Shown piece by piece: positions 1 through 9,632 of a DNA stretch of 64,000 bases. Every line of letters begins with the position of its first letter. Positions within the stretch are counted from its first letter, which is position 1. Under the pieces are notes generated by a model that did not search any database, was not told the DNA's origin, and worked only from the letters and a program-made list of their open reading frames with translations. Location: assembly GCA_039811685.1 (NCBI GenBank), contig JBDHZC010000009.1, forward strand, positions 1 to 64,000, in the 5' to 3' direction. This DNA is from Armatimonadota bacterium. GTDB lineage: Bacteria; Armatimonadota; UBA5829; DSUL01. Made by a program: the position numbers and the translations under genes.

Positions 1-228
1 TTGAAACCGCGCCTGTTCGAACGAAGTCTCCCTTCGGAGACTTTGGTTGTGGAGTCTGCGGAGGCAGGCTTTGTGGTCTAGGCGCGAATTAATTCGCTGA
101 CGGTGCCGGTGTGTGGGAGTGGCCGGCGGTTGAAACCGCGCCTGTTCGAACGAAGTCTCCCTGCGGAGACTTTGGGTGTGGAGTCTGCGGAGGCAGGCTT
201 TGTGGTGTAGGCGCGAATTAATCCGCTG
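1..228. repeat. Two tandem copies (period 129 nt) of a palindromic REP/REPIN-like element
   Basis: 1-99 and 130-228 are near-identical. Each holds the (GCGG)TTGAAACCGC palindrome and two inverted copies of a GAAGyCT..CTTCG..GrC hairpin motif. Related copies occur at 23141-23250 and 28881-28933. Confidence 0.8.
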
Positions 229-277
229 GGGGCAGGGGTTGGGTGTATTGCGTTACAGCCGACGGCGGGACGGGGCG

Positions 278-1165
278 CTAGATCTCCAGACTGAGCTGGT
301 TACGGGCGTCAGCGATGTCGGGGACGGGACCTGACAAAACCGCCTCGTCATCCGGCGCCAAAGCGAGGCGCTCCCGGGCCTGTTCCAGGTACACCGGGTC
401 GATCTCGAAGCCGACAAAGTTGACATTGAGCTTCTGGGCGGCAACCGCGCTGTGTCCAAGCCCCAGAAACGGATCCAGCGTGAGGCGGATGGAGTCCATC
501 CCGTGCAGGAGCAGGCACATCTCAGGAAGCCGGGTCGGAAAGGTAGCCGGGTGCGGACGTTCAGAGTGGCGGCTTTGAATTGTGCGGTAGGGGATGAACC
601 ACGTATTCCCCCGGCAGTGCACATTCCCCCCGGCAGACTTCCACCGTCTCACGTTACTCTGGTCCTGATAGGGTACGCCAATGGCCAGTCTATCGAGCGG
701 CACATCGCCGAATTTGGTCAGGTGGAAAATATACTCGTGACAGTCGTTGACGAATCTGTCTGAGTTGATCGGCTTGTAATGACCGACAGACACATCCTGC
801 TCGATGCCAGGATAGCGTCCGACATCCGCCTTGCTGATTGAGATGGATTTGATCCAGTGAATCACATTCTGCAGGCAGAAGTGACGCCGCATAACACTCA
901 GCACGTCAAAGGGCACCCAGGGGTCTTTTGGCTTGGAGCCAATGTTCAGAAACAGGGACCCACTGTCGGACAACGTCCGTTTGACCTCAATAGCCCACAC
1001 TTCCAGCCAGTCCAGATACTGAGCGCGCCCTAACGTATCGTCGTACTGGCTGTACTCGATCCCCAGGTTATAAGGCGGAGAGGTCACAACAACGTCCACG
1101 ATGCCGGTATCCAGCCGGTTTCGCATACCGGCTACGCAGTCTTCATTGTAAAGTCTGATGGACAA
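278..1165 (-). CDS. Site-specific DNA methyltransferase (N4-C/N6-A, beta class), orphan
   Basis: TSPPYN catalytic motif precedes HPATFP and the DPFLGLG SAM-binding motif. Confidence 0.9.
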   Translation of the reverse strand: MSIRLYNEDCVAGMRNRLDTGIVDVVVTSPPYNLGIEYSQYDDTLGRAQYLDWLEVWAIEVKRTLSDSGSLFLNIGSKPKDPWVPFDVLSVMRRHFCLQNVIHWIKSISISKADVGRYPGIEQDVSVGHYKPINSDRFVNDCHEYIFHLTKFGDVPLDRLAIGVPYQDQSNVRRWKSAGGNVHCRGNTWFIPYRTIQSRHSERPHPATFPTRLPEMCLLLHGMDSIRLTLDPFLGLGHSAVAAQKLNVNFVGFEIDPVYLEQARERLALAPDDEAVLSGPVPDIADARNQLSLEI

Positions 1166-1254
1166 CTGGGACAGTTTCTACAACTCTTCCGCGTCAGATG
1201 CTGGCGCTTTTGGCGGCGCTTTGACTGGCGCTGTCTGGAGGAAAGTCGAAAGAG

Positions 1255-1884
1255 CTATATCTCCCTGCGCCACTCCAACGACTGGATCAGTGTGGCCTGG
1301 TCTGCGTAGTCGAGATCGCCGCCGACCGGCATGCCGTGCGCGATCCGCGTGACCTTGATACCAAGTGGCTTCAGAATGCCTGCCAGATACATCGCCGTGG
1401 CGTCGCCTTCGATGGTCGGGTTGGTGGCAATGATAATCTCGCTTACGGGATGGGCGCCTGATCCGTTATCCTGCTGCGCCTGGGCGATGCGCTGCTGCAG
1501 TTCCCGGATGCGCAGCCGCTCCGGCCCTATGCCATCCATGGGAGAAATAACGCCCTGCAGCACGTGGTAGCGCCCTTTGTATTCGTTAGTGCGCTCGAAG
1601 GCGACCAGGTCTCGCGCATCCGCCACCACGCAGATGCACCCTGTGTCCCTTCGCTCGTCACGGCAGATCTCGCAGATGTCCTGATCTGTGTAGTTAAAAC
1701 AGACCCGGCAGGTCTGAACGTGCGATTTCGCTTCGACAATGGCCTGTGCGAGATTCTGAGCCTCTTCGTCGTTCATTCGCAGGATGAAGAAGGCCAGCCT
1801 TTGCGCGGATTTCGGTCCCACCCCGGGCAGCTTCTCCAGCTCTGCAACCAGTCTGGAGAGCGGACGCGTGAAATATGAGGGCAT
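1255..1884 (-). CDS. recR: Recombination mediator RecR
   Basis: LPGVGPKSAQRLAF HhH motif, C4 zinc finger, Toprim ATNPTIEGDATA; dnaX-ybaB-recR synteny. Confidence 0.97.
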   Translation of the reverse strand: MPSYFTRPLSRLVAELEKLPGVGPKSAQRLAFFILRMNDEEAQNLAQAIVEAKSHVQTCRVCFNYTDQDICEICRDERRDTGCICVVADARDLVAFERTNEYKGRYHVLQGVISPMDGIGPERLRIRELQQRIAQAQQDNGSGAHPVSEIIIATNPTIEGDATAMYLAGILKPLGIKVTRIAHGMPVGGDLDYADQATLIQSLEWRREI

Positions 1885-1919
1885 ACTCTGTCAGTGGCGA
1901 AGCGCCGCCTGTTCTCCTT

Positions 1920-2279
1920 TCAACCGAGACCCGGGATACCCATGCCTCCCGGAAGCCCCATCCCTCCTGTAACTGCTGAGAGCCGCTCTGTGCGCAGAGC
2001 TTCCGCGCTCTCAAGCGCCTCCCGGACGGCGGAGACTATCAGATCCTGCAGCATCTCCACATCCTCCGGATCGACGACTTCGGGATTAATGGTAATGTCC
2101 AGAAGCTGTCCCTTGCCATTGACGACTGCCGTGACCATGCCGCCACCGGATGAAGTTTCCAGCTTCTCATCTTCCAGCTCCTCATCAATTCTCCTGGCGT
2201 CCTCCGCCATTTTCTGCGCCTGCTTGATGAGGTCGCCAAAGCCGCCCATACCGCCCATATTCTTGAATGGATTGGCCAT
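1920..2279 (-). CDS. ybaB: YbaB/EbfC nucleoid-associated protein
   Basis: KQAQKM, SGGGMV and DPEDVEMLQDLI motifs; located between dnaX and recR. Confidence 0.95.
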   Translation of the reverse strand: MANPFKNMGGMGGFGDLIKQAQKMAEDARRIDEELEDEKLETSSGGGMVTAVVNGKGQLLDITINPEVVDPEDVEMLQDLIVSAVREALESAEALRTERLSAVTGGMGLPGGMGIPGLG

Positions 2280-2335
2280 AAATCTCTGTTGCTTCCTTTA
2301 TACATACGAGCAGGGCTCTGTCTGCGCCCGGCTTG

Positions 2336-4039
2336 CTAAAACGGGTCCTGGTCGTCCAGCACCTGGCCTCCGAAAGTCCTGAGTACCTCCTGCTCGATCT
2401 CGGTTGTTGGTGTTTCAGCTTCGTCCGGAGTGTCGGGTTTCTCAGCGGCTTTCGGGCTCTGGCGTGACGCAGCCCCCGACCCGTCTGCCCGCCCGGAGCG
2501 CTTTTCGGTGGGCTGGGCGGAAGGCCGTGCTGCGCCGTGACCTGGCGCGTCGGCCGCTTGCGCCTTCAGCTTCACCTGCGCTCCAGCAACTTGCTGGAAG
2601 GCAGCGGCGACTTTTTCGGCACTGGCTTGTGTACGCGACGCATGGAAGGAATGCCCTTCCGGAAAGACGATCGTGAGCGTATTACCCTCATACTCCGAAG
2701 GCTGACCGTCCTTGAGTATAGCACACAGCGACGTATTCGCTCTGTCCGCGCGCAGGCGCTGGATGACGCGGGGCCACGCCCGAACCAGCATTTCAAGATT
2801 CACCTCACCCGCAGCAGCAGGCGGCGCATCCGGCTCCAGTGCGTCTGCCCTCTCCTCTGTTGCGCTTGACGGCGGCGGCTTCGGAGCGTGCGGGTCAGCG
2901 GCGTTTGTACCGGGGCCTGCTTGCGTGGCAGCGGGAGAGCGCACTGGTTCATCAGGCGCTACAGCCTGGGCAGGAGGAGCTGCGGTCTGATGGGCGCTGG
3001 CCATCGCCGACAACAGCGCGACCTCGATCGCCAGATCCGCCCTTTCCCAGTTGCGCAGGGCGCTTTCCGAGTCTGCCAGGCTGTAAATAAGTTTGATGAG
3101 ACGCTCTGCTCCCAGGCGTTGAACAGCCGGATTGGCCTGCCTGCCGGCAATGGCGTCTTCCAGGCGGTCCCGGCAGTATTCGACGACCGCAGCCAGCAGG
3201 CGCGCCGGATCGGCGCCGGAGCTCCAGCTCTTTCTGGACTCCGAGATTACCCGGCCAGCATCGTTGGCAGCGATGGCTTCGACGATAGCCGCAGGCACTT
3301 CTTCCGGGACTGCTCCAAGCGCTTTTCGGGTGTCGTCGGCGTTGACGCCGCCTCCGGAGAAGGCGATGACCTGCTCCAGCAGACTCAATCCGTCCCGCCA
3401 GCTCCCCTGTGCGTGTGACGCGATGAGCCTGGCTGCCTCATCGGATATAGCCACCTCTTCCCGCTCGCAGACCCACTTCAGGCGGTCTTCTACTTGAGTG
3501 AGGGTCCCGCGGTGGAAGTCGAACTGCTGGCAGCGGCTGCGGATGGTGATGGGGATTTTGGACGGCTCGGTTGTGGCGAGCACGAAGATGGCGTGAGGCG
3601 GAGGCTCTTCAAGCGTCTTGAGAAAGGCGTCTTTGGCGTGGTCGGAGAGCTGATGGGCTTCGTCGAGTATCACGACGCGGTAACGAGCTTCCATCGGCTG
3701 GTAGCGCACGCTCTCGCAGATAGCTTCCATCTCAGCGACTCCGCGGTTGCTGGCGGCGTCCACTTCGGCCACGTCTACCGCCGCTCCGCGCGTGATAGCC
3801 AGACAGCTCGGGCATTTATTGCATGGGTGGGCGGTGGGGCCGCTTTCGCAGTTGACAGCCTTGGCCAGCAGCCTGGCGACTGTCGTCTTGCCGCATCCGC
3901 GGGATCCGGTGAACAGGAAGGCCTGCCCGATTTTACCGCGCTCAATTGCGTTCTGCAGCGTGCGGGTGACGTGCTCTTGCCCGATGACGTCTTCAAAATC
4001 CTGAGACCTGTATTTACGGTACAGCGCGACGTAAGCCAT
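2336..4039 (-). CDS. dnaX: DNA polymerase III subunit gamma/tau
   Basis: ALYRKYR, Walker A GSRGCGKTT, zinc motif, DEAHQLS, SRC motif. Confidence 0.97.
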   Translation of the reverse strand: MAYVALYRKYRSQDFEDVIGQEHVTRTLQNAIERGKIGQAFLFTGSRGCGKTTVARLLAKAVNCESGPTAHPCNKCPSCLAITRGAAVDVAEVDAASNRGVAEMEAICESVRYQPMEARYRVVILDEAHQLSDHAKDAFLKTLEEPPPHAIFVLATTEPSKIPITIRSRCQQFDFHRGTLTQVEDRLKWVCEREEVAISDEAARLIASHAQGSWRDGLSLLEQVIAFSGGGVNADDTRKALGAVPEEVPAAIVEAIAANDAGRVISESRKSWSSGADPARLLAAVVEYCRDRLEDAIAGRQANPAVQRLGAERLIKLIYSLADSESALRNWERADLAIEVALLSAMASAHQTAAPPAQAVAPDEPVRSPAATQAGPGTNAADPHAPKPPPSSATEERADALEPDAPPAAAGEVNLEMLVRAWPRVIQRLRADRANTSLCAILKDGQPSEYEGNTLTIVFPEGHSFHASRTQASAEKVAAAFQQVAGAQVKLKAQAADAPGHGAARPSAQPTEKRSGRADGSGAASRQSPKAAEKPDTPDEAETPTTEIEQEVLRTFGGQVLDDQDPF

Positions 4040-4161
4040 ATCTCTTCAGCATCACCGAACGACTGCGGCGAGAACGCGCGAGTCTTTGAGTAAGCTTCTC
4101 TGTCCGCAAAGGCCGTTCCTACCTGACAGGGCGTCGAACAGCTCACTCAAGGCGCGCTCAC

Positions 4162-4436
4162 GGATCGTGCACCCCGCGTCGATAAGCCCTTCCCGCAGCC
4201 GCTCACAGGGCGAGGCTCAGGTCGGAACACACGAGTGGCACACGCCGAACCTGCTTACCGCTGCTTCCTTCCGGACCTGACGGGGTTCACAGGACGCACG
4301 TTGCACCGGGCCCGGCCTTCAACGTCCGCCGATGCGAACACTCACAGGAAGAAACAGACCTCAGACGGGGGATTCGGCTCCGCGTATAGCGGATTTCGGA
4401 TTCAGGGCACCGCTAGTTCCCCGCTTAGCACGATCC
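4162..4436 (-). ncRNA. ffs: Signal recognition particle RNA, large (Alu-domain-containing, Bacillus-type) form
   Basis: Minus strand begins GGATCGTGCTAAGCGGGGAACTAGCGGTGCCCTG (Alu-like) and contains the helix-8 motif GTCAGGTCCGGAAGGAAGCAGC. 5' GGATCGTGC pairs with 3' GCACGATCC. Upstream of dnaX as usual. Confidence 0.93.
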
Positions 4437-4673
4437 ATGACCGCGCTCCGCCGCCGCCATAGACAGGCGTCAGAGCAGAGGATGCATTGTCGCTCACCTG
4501 CGCGAGTTTGGCAAGTGCTGCCCTCTAAAAGCGGCGTTGTTTGAGCAGTCCGCCTGTCAGTTACAAGAACAGCCCACTGGAGTGTCTGGTTCCTTCTGCC
4601 GATAAGACTTAGGATGACATCTCACCCGGTAAATAGACTGGAATTTGCCCGCCCATCGACGTGGCGAGCTGAT

Positions 4674-4689
4674 TGGCACGGCATTTGCA
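4674..4689 (+). promoter_or_regulatory. Sigma-54 (-24/-12) promoter, distal
   Basis: TGGCACG-GCAT-TTGCA matches the consensus TGGCACG-N4-TTGCW exactly. Confidence 0.7.
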
Positions 4690-4837
4690 CTACCCATGGG
4701 TGGCCGATCCGAAGTGGGGTCGCTCCTTCTCGGAGATGAACCGATTTCGGGAGATCGACTCACTAGAGAGCAAGTCTCGCAAGCCATCACGCAAGAGCGG
4801 AAGTTTTTGCATGGAGTGCGGACTGCGACTGCGGGAT

Positions 4838-4853
4838 TGGCACGATTCTTGCA
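4838..4853 (+). promoter_or_regulatory. Sigma-54 (-24/-12) promoter, proximal
   Basis: TGGCACG-ATTC-TTGCA, exact consensus, upstream of a PEP-CTERM gene. Confidence 0.75.
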
Positions 4854-5103
4854 TTAGTCAATAGTGAGGCACGGAGCACTGAGATTTGGCAATGTGACCT
4901 GCGTCCGTTAGTGGTCACTGCAGCCTTATCGGCTTAAGCCAGATTGGTTTTTGTTAACAGGCTTCGAAACTATCTTCTGTCAAGTGCACATAGGGTTCTA
5001 TTTCTTCAAGAAAGGGGAGAACCGCTTCGCTGCAGACAGGCTTGATGTCCATAACTGTCTAGATGTTGGGCCGACTGTAGCGAAAGGAGGAAACTTAAAG
5101 AAC

Positions 5104-5958
5104 ATGAGAAAAGTACTTTTCACAGCTTGCTCTGTTGGACTGCTGGTTGCCGGAATGGCCGGACTGGGCCACGCAAGTGAGACCGACTGGGCGATTATTA
5201 TCAAGGCAGGTTCGGGCGGCAACTGGTATGGCCCGATGGATTCCGGTGGTCAGACTAACGCTTTCGCTTCTACGATTGCCGGTGTTCAGGACGATTCTGC
5301 TATTCGTGACACCAAAGACGGCAATCCGCCCGCATCCAGCCCGGGCAGCACAGCTAACTCTGCGTGGTATCGCCCGCAGTGGATGAAGAACGACGGCACA
5401 GACTCAACGTCCTGGCCGTGGGCATTCGGCTCCGACTATCGGACCCCGCTGAATAACACGTCCAATCTGGTGAAAACCTGGGAGGACCTGATTGTCTGGG
5501 CTAATCCGGGCTTTATCAACGGTGGCACGCCGAACGATCCTTCTGATGACCATCCCGACATTCATCTGTTTGTCACGACGCAGGTGAACAAGCTTGCGCC
5601 GAGCTCTCAGATTCCCGATGGTAAGACGGTTGCCCAGCCGATCGTCTACAAGCTCGTGATGACGCAGTGGCCTGCCGGTTACGACGGTCCGAAGGAGTTC
5701 CTCCTGGCTGATCCGGCCGATCCTAATCTGCCGAGAAACGGCAGTCCTGCCACTGCCAAGATCCTGCTTGCTGACATCGTTCTGCCGGCCGCCGGCACCG
5801 AGGCTGTCAACCCGATTACGGGCACCGGTCCTCTGACCGCGACGCAGACTGCGGGTTACCGCTTCAACCTGGTGACCCCCGAGCCCGGCAGCATGCTGGT
5901 TCTGGCCAGCGGCCTCACCGGCCTCCTGGGCCTGGTCTCCCGCCGCCGCAAGGCCTAA
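5104..5958 (+). CDS. PEP-CTERM sorting domain-containing exported protein
   Basis: AAAGGAGG before ATG 5104; signal peptide MRKVLF...GHA; C-terminus TPEPGSMLVLASGLTGLLGLVSRRRKA. Confidence 0.9.
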   Translation: MRKVLFTACSVGLLVAGMAGLGHASETDWAIIIKAGSGGNWYGPMDSGGQTNAFASTIAGVQDDSAIRDTKDGNPPASSPGSTANSAWYRPQWMKNDGTDSTSWPWAFGSDYRTPLNNTSNLVKTWEDLIVWANPGFINGGTPNDPSDDHPDIHLFVTTQVNKLAPSSQIPDGKTVAQPIVYKLVMTQWPAGYDGPKEFLLADPADPNLPRNGSPATAKILLADIVLPAAGTEAVNPITGTGPLTATQTAGYRFNLVTPEPGSMLVLASGLTGLLGLVSRRRKA

Positions 5959-6035
5959 GGAGCCACAGCACAATCTTGAGCCCGGCGCAAAGTCGGGCTC
6001 ATCGACCACCGCGAAAGCGGAGGTCAAAAGAAGTC

Positions 6036-6070
6036 AGGCCATCCCGAGGGGCAGTCGGGATGGCCTTTCT
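6036..6070 (+). terminator. Rho-independent terminator
   Basis: AGGCCATCCCGA...TCGGGATGGCCT stem running into TTTCT. Confidence 0.75.
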
Positions 6071-6685
6071 GATGTACGCAGCTGCTGAATGATCCGCACC
6101 GTCTGAACCGATGGGACGCTGCCGCGGATTGTCGTCTTGCAGGCCTTACGCTGCCCGTAACTCTTTTCACGAATTGCTTTTTGTCCGGACGGTAGATTGT
6201 GCATGTGGCTGCCTGTCCTGCTAATCTCTCGCCCTGACGAACCCCCCATACTGAGCCTCCCCTCGCAGATGGCCTCGCAATAATACCTGTTTGCGTAGAA
6301 ATGTGAACAAATAGGGTCAAATAGCCGTCAGTTGGGTATCGTATACACACGATGGACAAAGAGTAGAACTTTTTGTCCTGATTTTGTGTTTCAACCTACA
6401 GAAACGCGTCCAGAGTGGCAAAACATTGTATCGTTGCCGCGATGCTGTGGAAGGATTGTGCCAGACGCGCAAGCTGGTCGCTAAGGCGTTTCCAGCGTTT
6501 GGAGGCAAGGCCAGTGAGGCGCGCGTGCGCGGTGTTTGACGCCCACGTGTTAGCCAGAATTGCCCGCAGGTAACGAGACTGTTGAGACCGGACGCCAGGC
6601 GGGTGTCGCTGCTGAAGAGGTAGTGGCGTCAGCTTGTTCCAGGCTGCGGCCGGGAAAAGGAAGGAATACAGCTTACGGGGGGACC

Positions 6686-7180
6686 ATGACAATGACAGAA
6701 CATACAGGCGAAATGGATGTTCTCCTCTCTTCGACTGCCTTGAGGAAGATCGAACAGGAGCTCGAGCGTCTGAAGACGGTTGATCGCAAGCGGGTTGCTG
6801 AGCGCATCCGCGAAGCGAAGTCGTTTGGCGATTTTTCCGAGAACTCGGAGTACGAGGACGCCAAGAACGAGCAGTCGTTCATTGAAGGGCGCATTGACGA
6901 ATTGACGGCGGTCCTCAAGCTGGCAGCGGTTATCGATGAGACCGGGATTCCGGTTGACCACGTTGGCGTTGGCAGCGTTGTGCGGGTACGCGACCTGGAG
7001 ACGCTGGACGAGTGGGAGTACCGGGTTGTGGGCTCGTATGAAGCTAACCCGGCGGAAGACTCGATATCCAACGAATCACCAGTGGGGCAGGCTTTGCTGG
7101 GCTGCCGGGTTGGCGATGTCGTACAGGTATCGGTGCCGGCCGGCGTAGCTCGCTATGAGGTGGTGGATATTCACCGCTGA
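6686..7180 (+). CDS. greA: Transcription elongation factor GreA
   Basis: GDFSENSEYEDAK and ISNESPVGQALLG motifs; ATG after a G-rich RBS. Confidence 0.96.
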   Translation: MTMTEHTGEMDVLLSSTALRKIEQELERLKTVDRKRVAERIREAKSFGDFSENSEYEDAKNEQSFIEGRIDELTAVLKLAAVIDETGIPVDHVGVGSVVRVRDLETLDEWEYRVVGSYEANPAEDSISNESPVGQALLGCRVGDVVQVSVPAGVARYEVVDIHR

Positions 7181-7232
7181 GGTATTGGAAAGCAACAGCT
7201 TCGGGCTTGCAGGTAGGCCTGGAGCAGATTTT

Positions 7233-7268
7233 GAAACCCTGTGACTGTGAGGGCGGTCACAGGGTTTC
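7233..7268. terminator. Stem-loop between greA and lysS
   Basis: GAAACCCTGTGAC...GTCACAGGGTTTC perfect 13-bp inverted repeat. Confidence 0.55.
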
Positions 7269-7319
7269 TGCATTTTAGGGATACAATGCTACGGGCGCCT
7301 GGCCGCGCTACTATCCGCT

Positions 7320-8846
7320 GTGGAGGACACCGTTTCTTTGGACCCGAACCAGACTCATTTTGAAGAAGATATTAACGACCAGATGCAGAGCCGCCTGGCT
7401 AAACTTGGGCGTCTGCGCGAGATGGGGCTGGATCCGTTTGAAAATGAGCGCTACGACAGAACGCACTCTCTGCTTCATGTTCACGACAAGCATGAGGAAC
7501 TCGCGGATAAGACAGTTCGGGTGGCTGGTCGCGTCATCAGCATGCGCGCGATGGGTAAAGCTACCTTCTTTCACCTGACCGATCAGACGGGGCGGCTTCA
7601 GGTCTATGCGAAGAAGGACGATCTGGGTGAAGAAGGCTACGAGCTGGTCAAGCTGCTGGACGTTGGGGACTTTGCGGGGGTGCAGGGCTTCGTGTTCAAG
7701 ACGCGCACCGGTGAGGTGTCTGTCCACGCCCAGGAGTTGACACTCCTCTCAAAGGCTTTGCGGCCGCTTCCGCTTGGCAAGGAAAAGGATGGGCAGGTCT
7801 GGTACGGCTTGAGTGATGTGGAGGCGCGCTACCGCCAGCGCTACGCCGACCTTGTCGTGCATCCGGAGGTGCGCCACGTCTTTGAGCGCAGATCTCTGAT
7901 CATCTCGACTCTTCGCGATGAGATGCGGCGCCTCGGCTATATTGAAGTTGAGACGCCCATTCTGCAACCCCTTTACGGTGGCGCCGCTGCCCGGCCGTTT
8001 GTGACACACCACAATGCGCTGGACATCGAGCTGTACATGCGCATCGCCCCTGAGCTGTATCTGAAACGGCTGGTTGTCGGTGGATTTGAGGCGGTCTTCG
8101 AGATTGGAAAACAGTTCCGCAACGAAGGTATTGACACCCGCCACAACCCCGAGTTCACGATGATGGAGGCCTATGAAGCCTACTGCGACTATCCGCGCCA
8201 TATGGAAGTCTTCGAGACGGTAGTTGGGGCTTGCGCGATGGTGGTGCATGGGTCCCATTCTTTTGAGAGTTTGGGGCATACAATTGACGTGACGCCCCCT
8301 TGGCCCCGCCTGAAGCTTTACGACGCGATCAAAGAGTACTCGGGCATTGACTTCAGTCAGGTTCAGGATGAGGATGAGGCCAGACGGCTGGCAATGGCGC
8401 GTGGAGTGGACGTTGAGGAGGTGGTGGGCTACGGAAAGATTGTAGATGAGGTGTTGAAGAGCACTGTCATTCCCAGACTCATACAACCGACGTTTCTCTA
8501 CGAATATCCGTACGAACTCTCTCCTTTGTCCAAGCGCAACCCGCAGCGCCCGGAGATGGTGCAGCGCTTTCAGCCCTTTATCGCCGGGCTGGAGATGGGC
8601 AACTCATTTTCTGAGTTGAATGATCCACTGGATCAGCGCGAGCGCTTTCAGATGCAACTCTCCGCAAGGATGGCGGGGGATGAGGAGGCGCATCAGATGG
8701 ATGAAGACTTTTTGCGGGCACTGGAGTACGGGATGCCACCGACGGTGGGGCTGGGGCTCGGAGTTGACCGGTTGTGCATGCTCCTCTTGGATCAGCGCTC
8801 CATTCGGGACGTTATTCTATTTCCGCAAATGCGTCCGGAGGAGTAG
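7320..8846 (+). CDS. lysS: Lysine--tRNA ligase (class II)
   Basis: YRQRYADL, GGAAARPFVTHHN, RIAPELYLKRL, FRNEG, GMPPTVGLGLGVDRL. Confidence 0.98.
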   Translation: MEDTVSLDPNQTHFEEDINDQMQSRLAKLGRLREMGLDPFENERYDRTHSLLHVHDKHEELADKTVRVAGRVISMRAMGKATFFHLTDQTGRLQVYAKKDDLGEEGYELVKLLDVGDFAGVQGFVFKTRTGEVSVHAQELTLLSKALRPLPLGKEKDGQVWYGLSDVEARYRQRYADLVVHPEVRHVFERRSLIISTLRDEMRRLGYIEVETPILQPLYGGAAARPFVTHHNALDIELYMRIAPELYLKRLVVGGFEAVFEIGKQFRNEGIDTRHNPEFTMMEAYEAYCDYPRHMEVFETVVGACAMVVHGSHSFESLGHTIDVTPPWPRLKLYDAIKEYSGIDFSQVQDEDEARRLAMARGVDVEEVVGYGKIVDEVLKSTVIPRLIQPTFLYEYPYELSPLSKRNPQRPEMVQRFQPFIAGLEMGNSFSELNDPLDQRERFQMQLSARMAGDEEAHQMDEDFLRALEYGMPPTVGLGLGVDRLCMLLLDQRSIRDVILFPQMRPEE

Positions 8847-8899
8847 CTCTCGGAGCAGTTTGGACCTTTCGCATGTTCCACAGTGCTTGCGACTGGCGC

Positions 8900-9547
8900 T
8901 CAGGTCCTGAAAAGGAACTCCAGAATTGCTCCAGCTATCGCGCTGCCCACAGCCGTTTGTAATGCCGGATCTTTCAGCATCTCCCGTTCGACAGGGTTGG
9001 AGTGAAAGAGAATCTCGATGAGGCAGGACGGGCACTGCGGAGCGTGAAGCATACGCAGGCGGTGCCAGTGCTGACGGACACCGCGATCGAGGAGGTCTTT
9101 GTAAACAGGTTGTATGGCCTGCACGGTGCGCCTCTGAACCAGCTCCGCCAGGCGCAGAGAATCCTTGAGGTCGTAGGGCAGCGATTCGAGCTCCTCCGCG
9201 CTCAGGTGCTGCTCGCCTGTATAGAATGTCCAGGTTCCTCCACCGGGTGTGCCGTCTGCCGTAGCGTCGGAGTGCAGCGCCACAAGACACGCACAACCCA
9301 GCGCATTTGTCAAAGCGGCTTCGCTGTCCAGATCTGATGCAGAGGTCTGGCTCTCACGGCTGATGTAAGGCTCGGTGCGTCCGTCGGCTCTCAGCGCTTT
9401 TTCCACGGCCTCTGCAAACAGCCACAGATTGTGGCCTTCGTTGTAGATCTCGCCTCCGGCCTTGTCAAATATCTGGTTGGCGTACTGACAGGACGGGTTG
9501 ATCATGACGCGTACGGGCGCTGTGGAACTGTGGTCTTTCTCTGCTAT
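8900..9547 (-). CDS. N-acetylmuramoyl-L-alanine amidase (Amidase_3-like)
   Basis: LHSDA and PSCLIEILFHSNP motifs. The first ATG is at 9505, but the frame extends to an ATA at 9547 just after an SD-like GGGGAG. Confidence 0.8.
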   Translation of the reverse strand: MAEKDHSSTAPVRVMINPSCQYANQIFDKAGGEIYNEGHNLWLFAEAVEKALRADGRTEPYISRESQTSASDLDSEAALTNALGCACLVALHSDATADGTPGGGTWTFYTGEQHLSAEELESLPYDLKDSLRLAELVQRRTVQAIQPVYKDLLDRGVRQHWHRLRMLHAPQCPSCLIEILFHSNPVEREMLKDPALQTAVGSAIAGAILEFLFRT

Positions 9548-9632
9548 CTCACTTCTCCCCTGATAGTTGTGGACGACGGCAGGCAGAATGCTCTCTCCGC
9601 CTGGTGTGCGCTTTTGGCCTGACGTACTCTCT

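Noticed and set aside
1..228. Possible CRISPR array
   Set aside because: Only two ~99-nt units with internal palindromes, no series of unique spacers and no cas genes; fits REP-like repeats.
6448..6463. Minus-strand TGGCACA-N4-TTCCA sigma-54-like site
   Set aside because: The -12 GC is missing and no gene follows.
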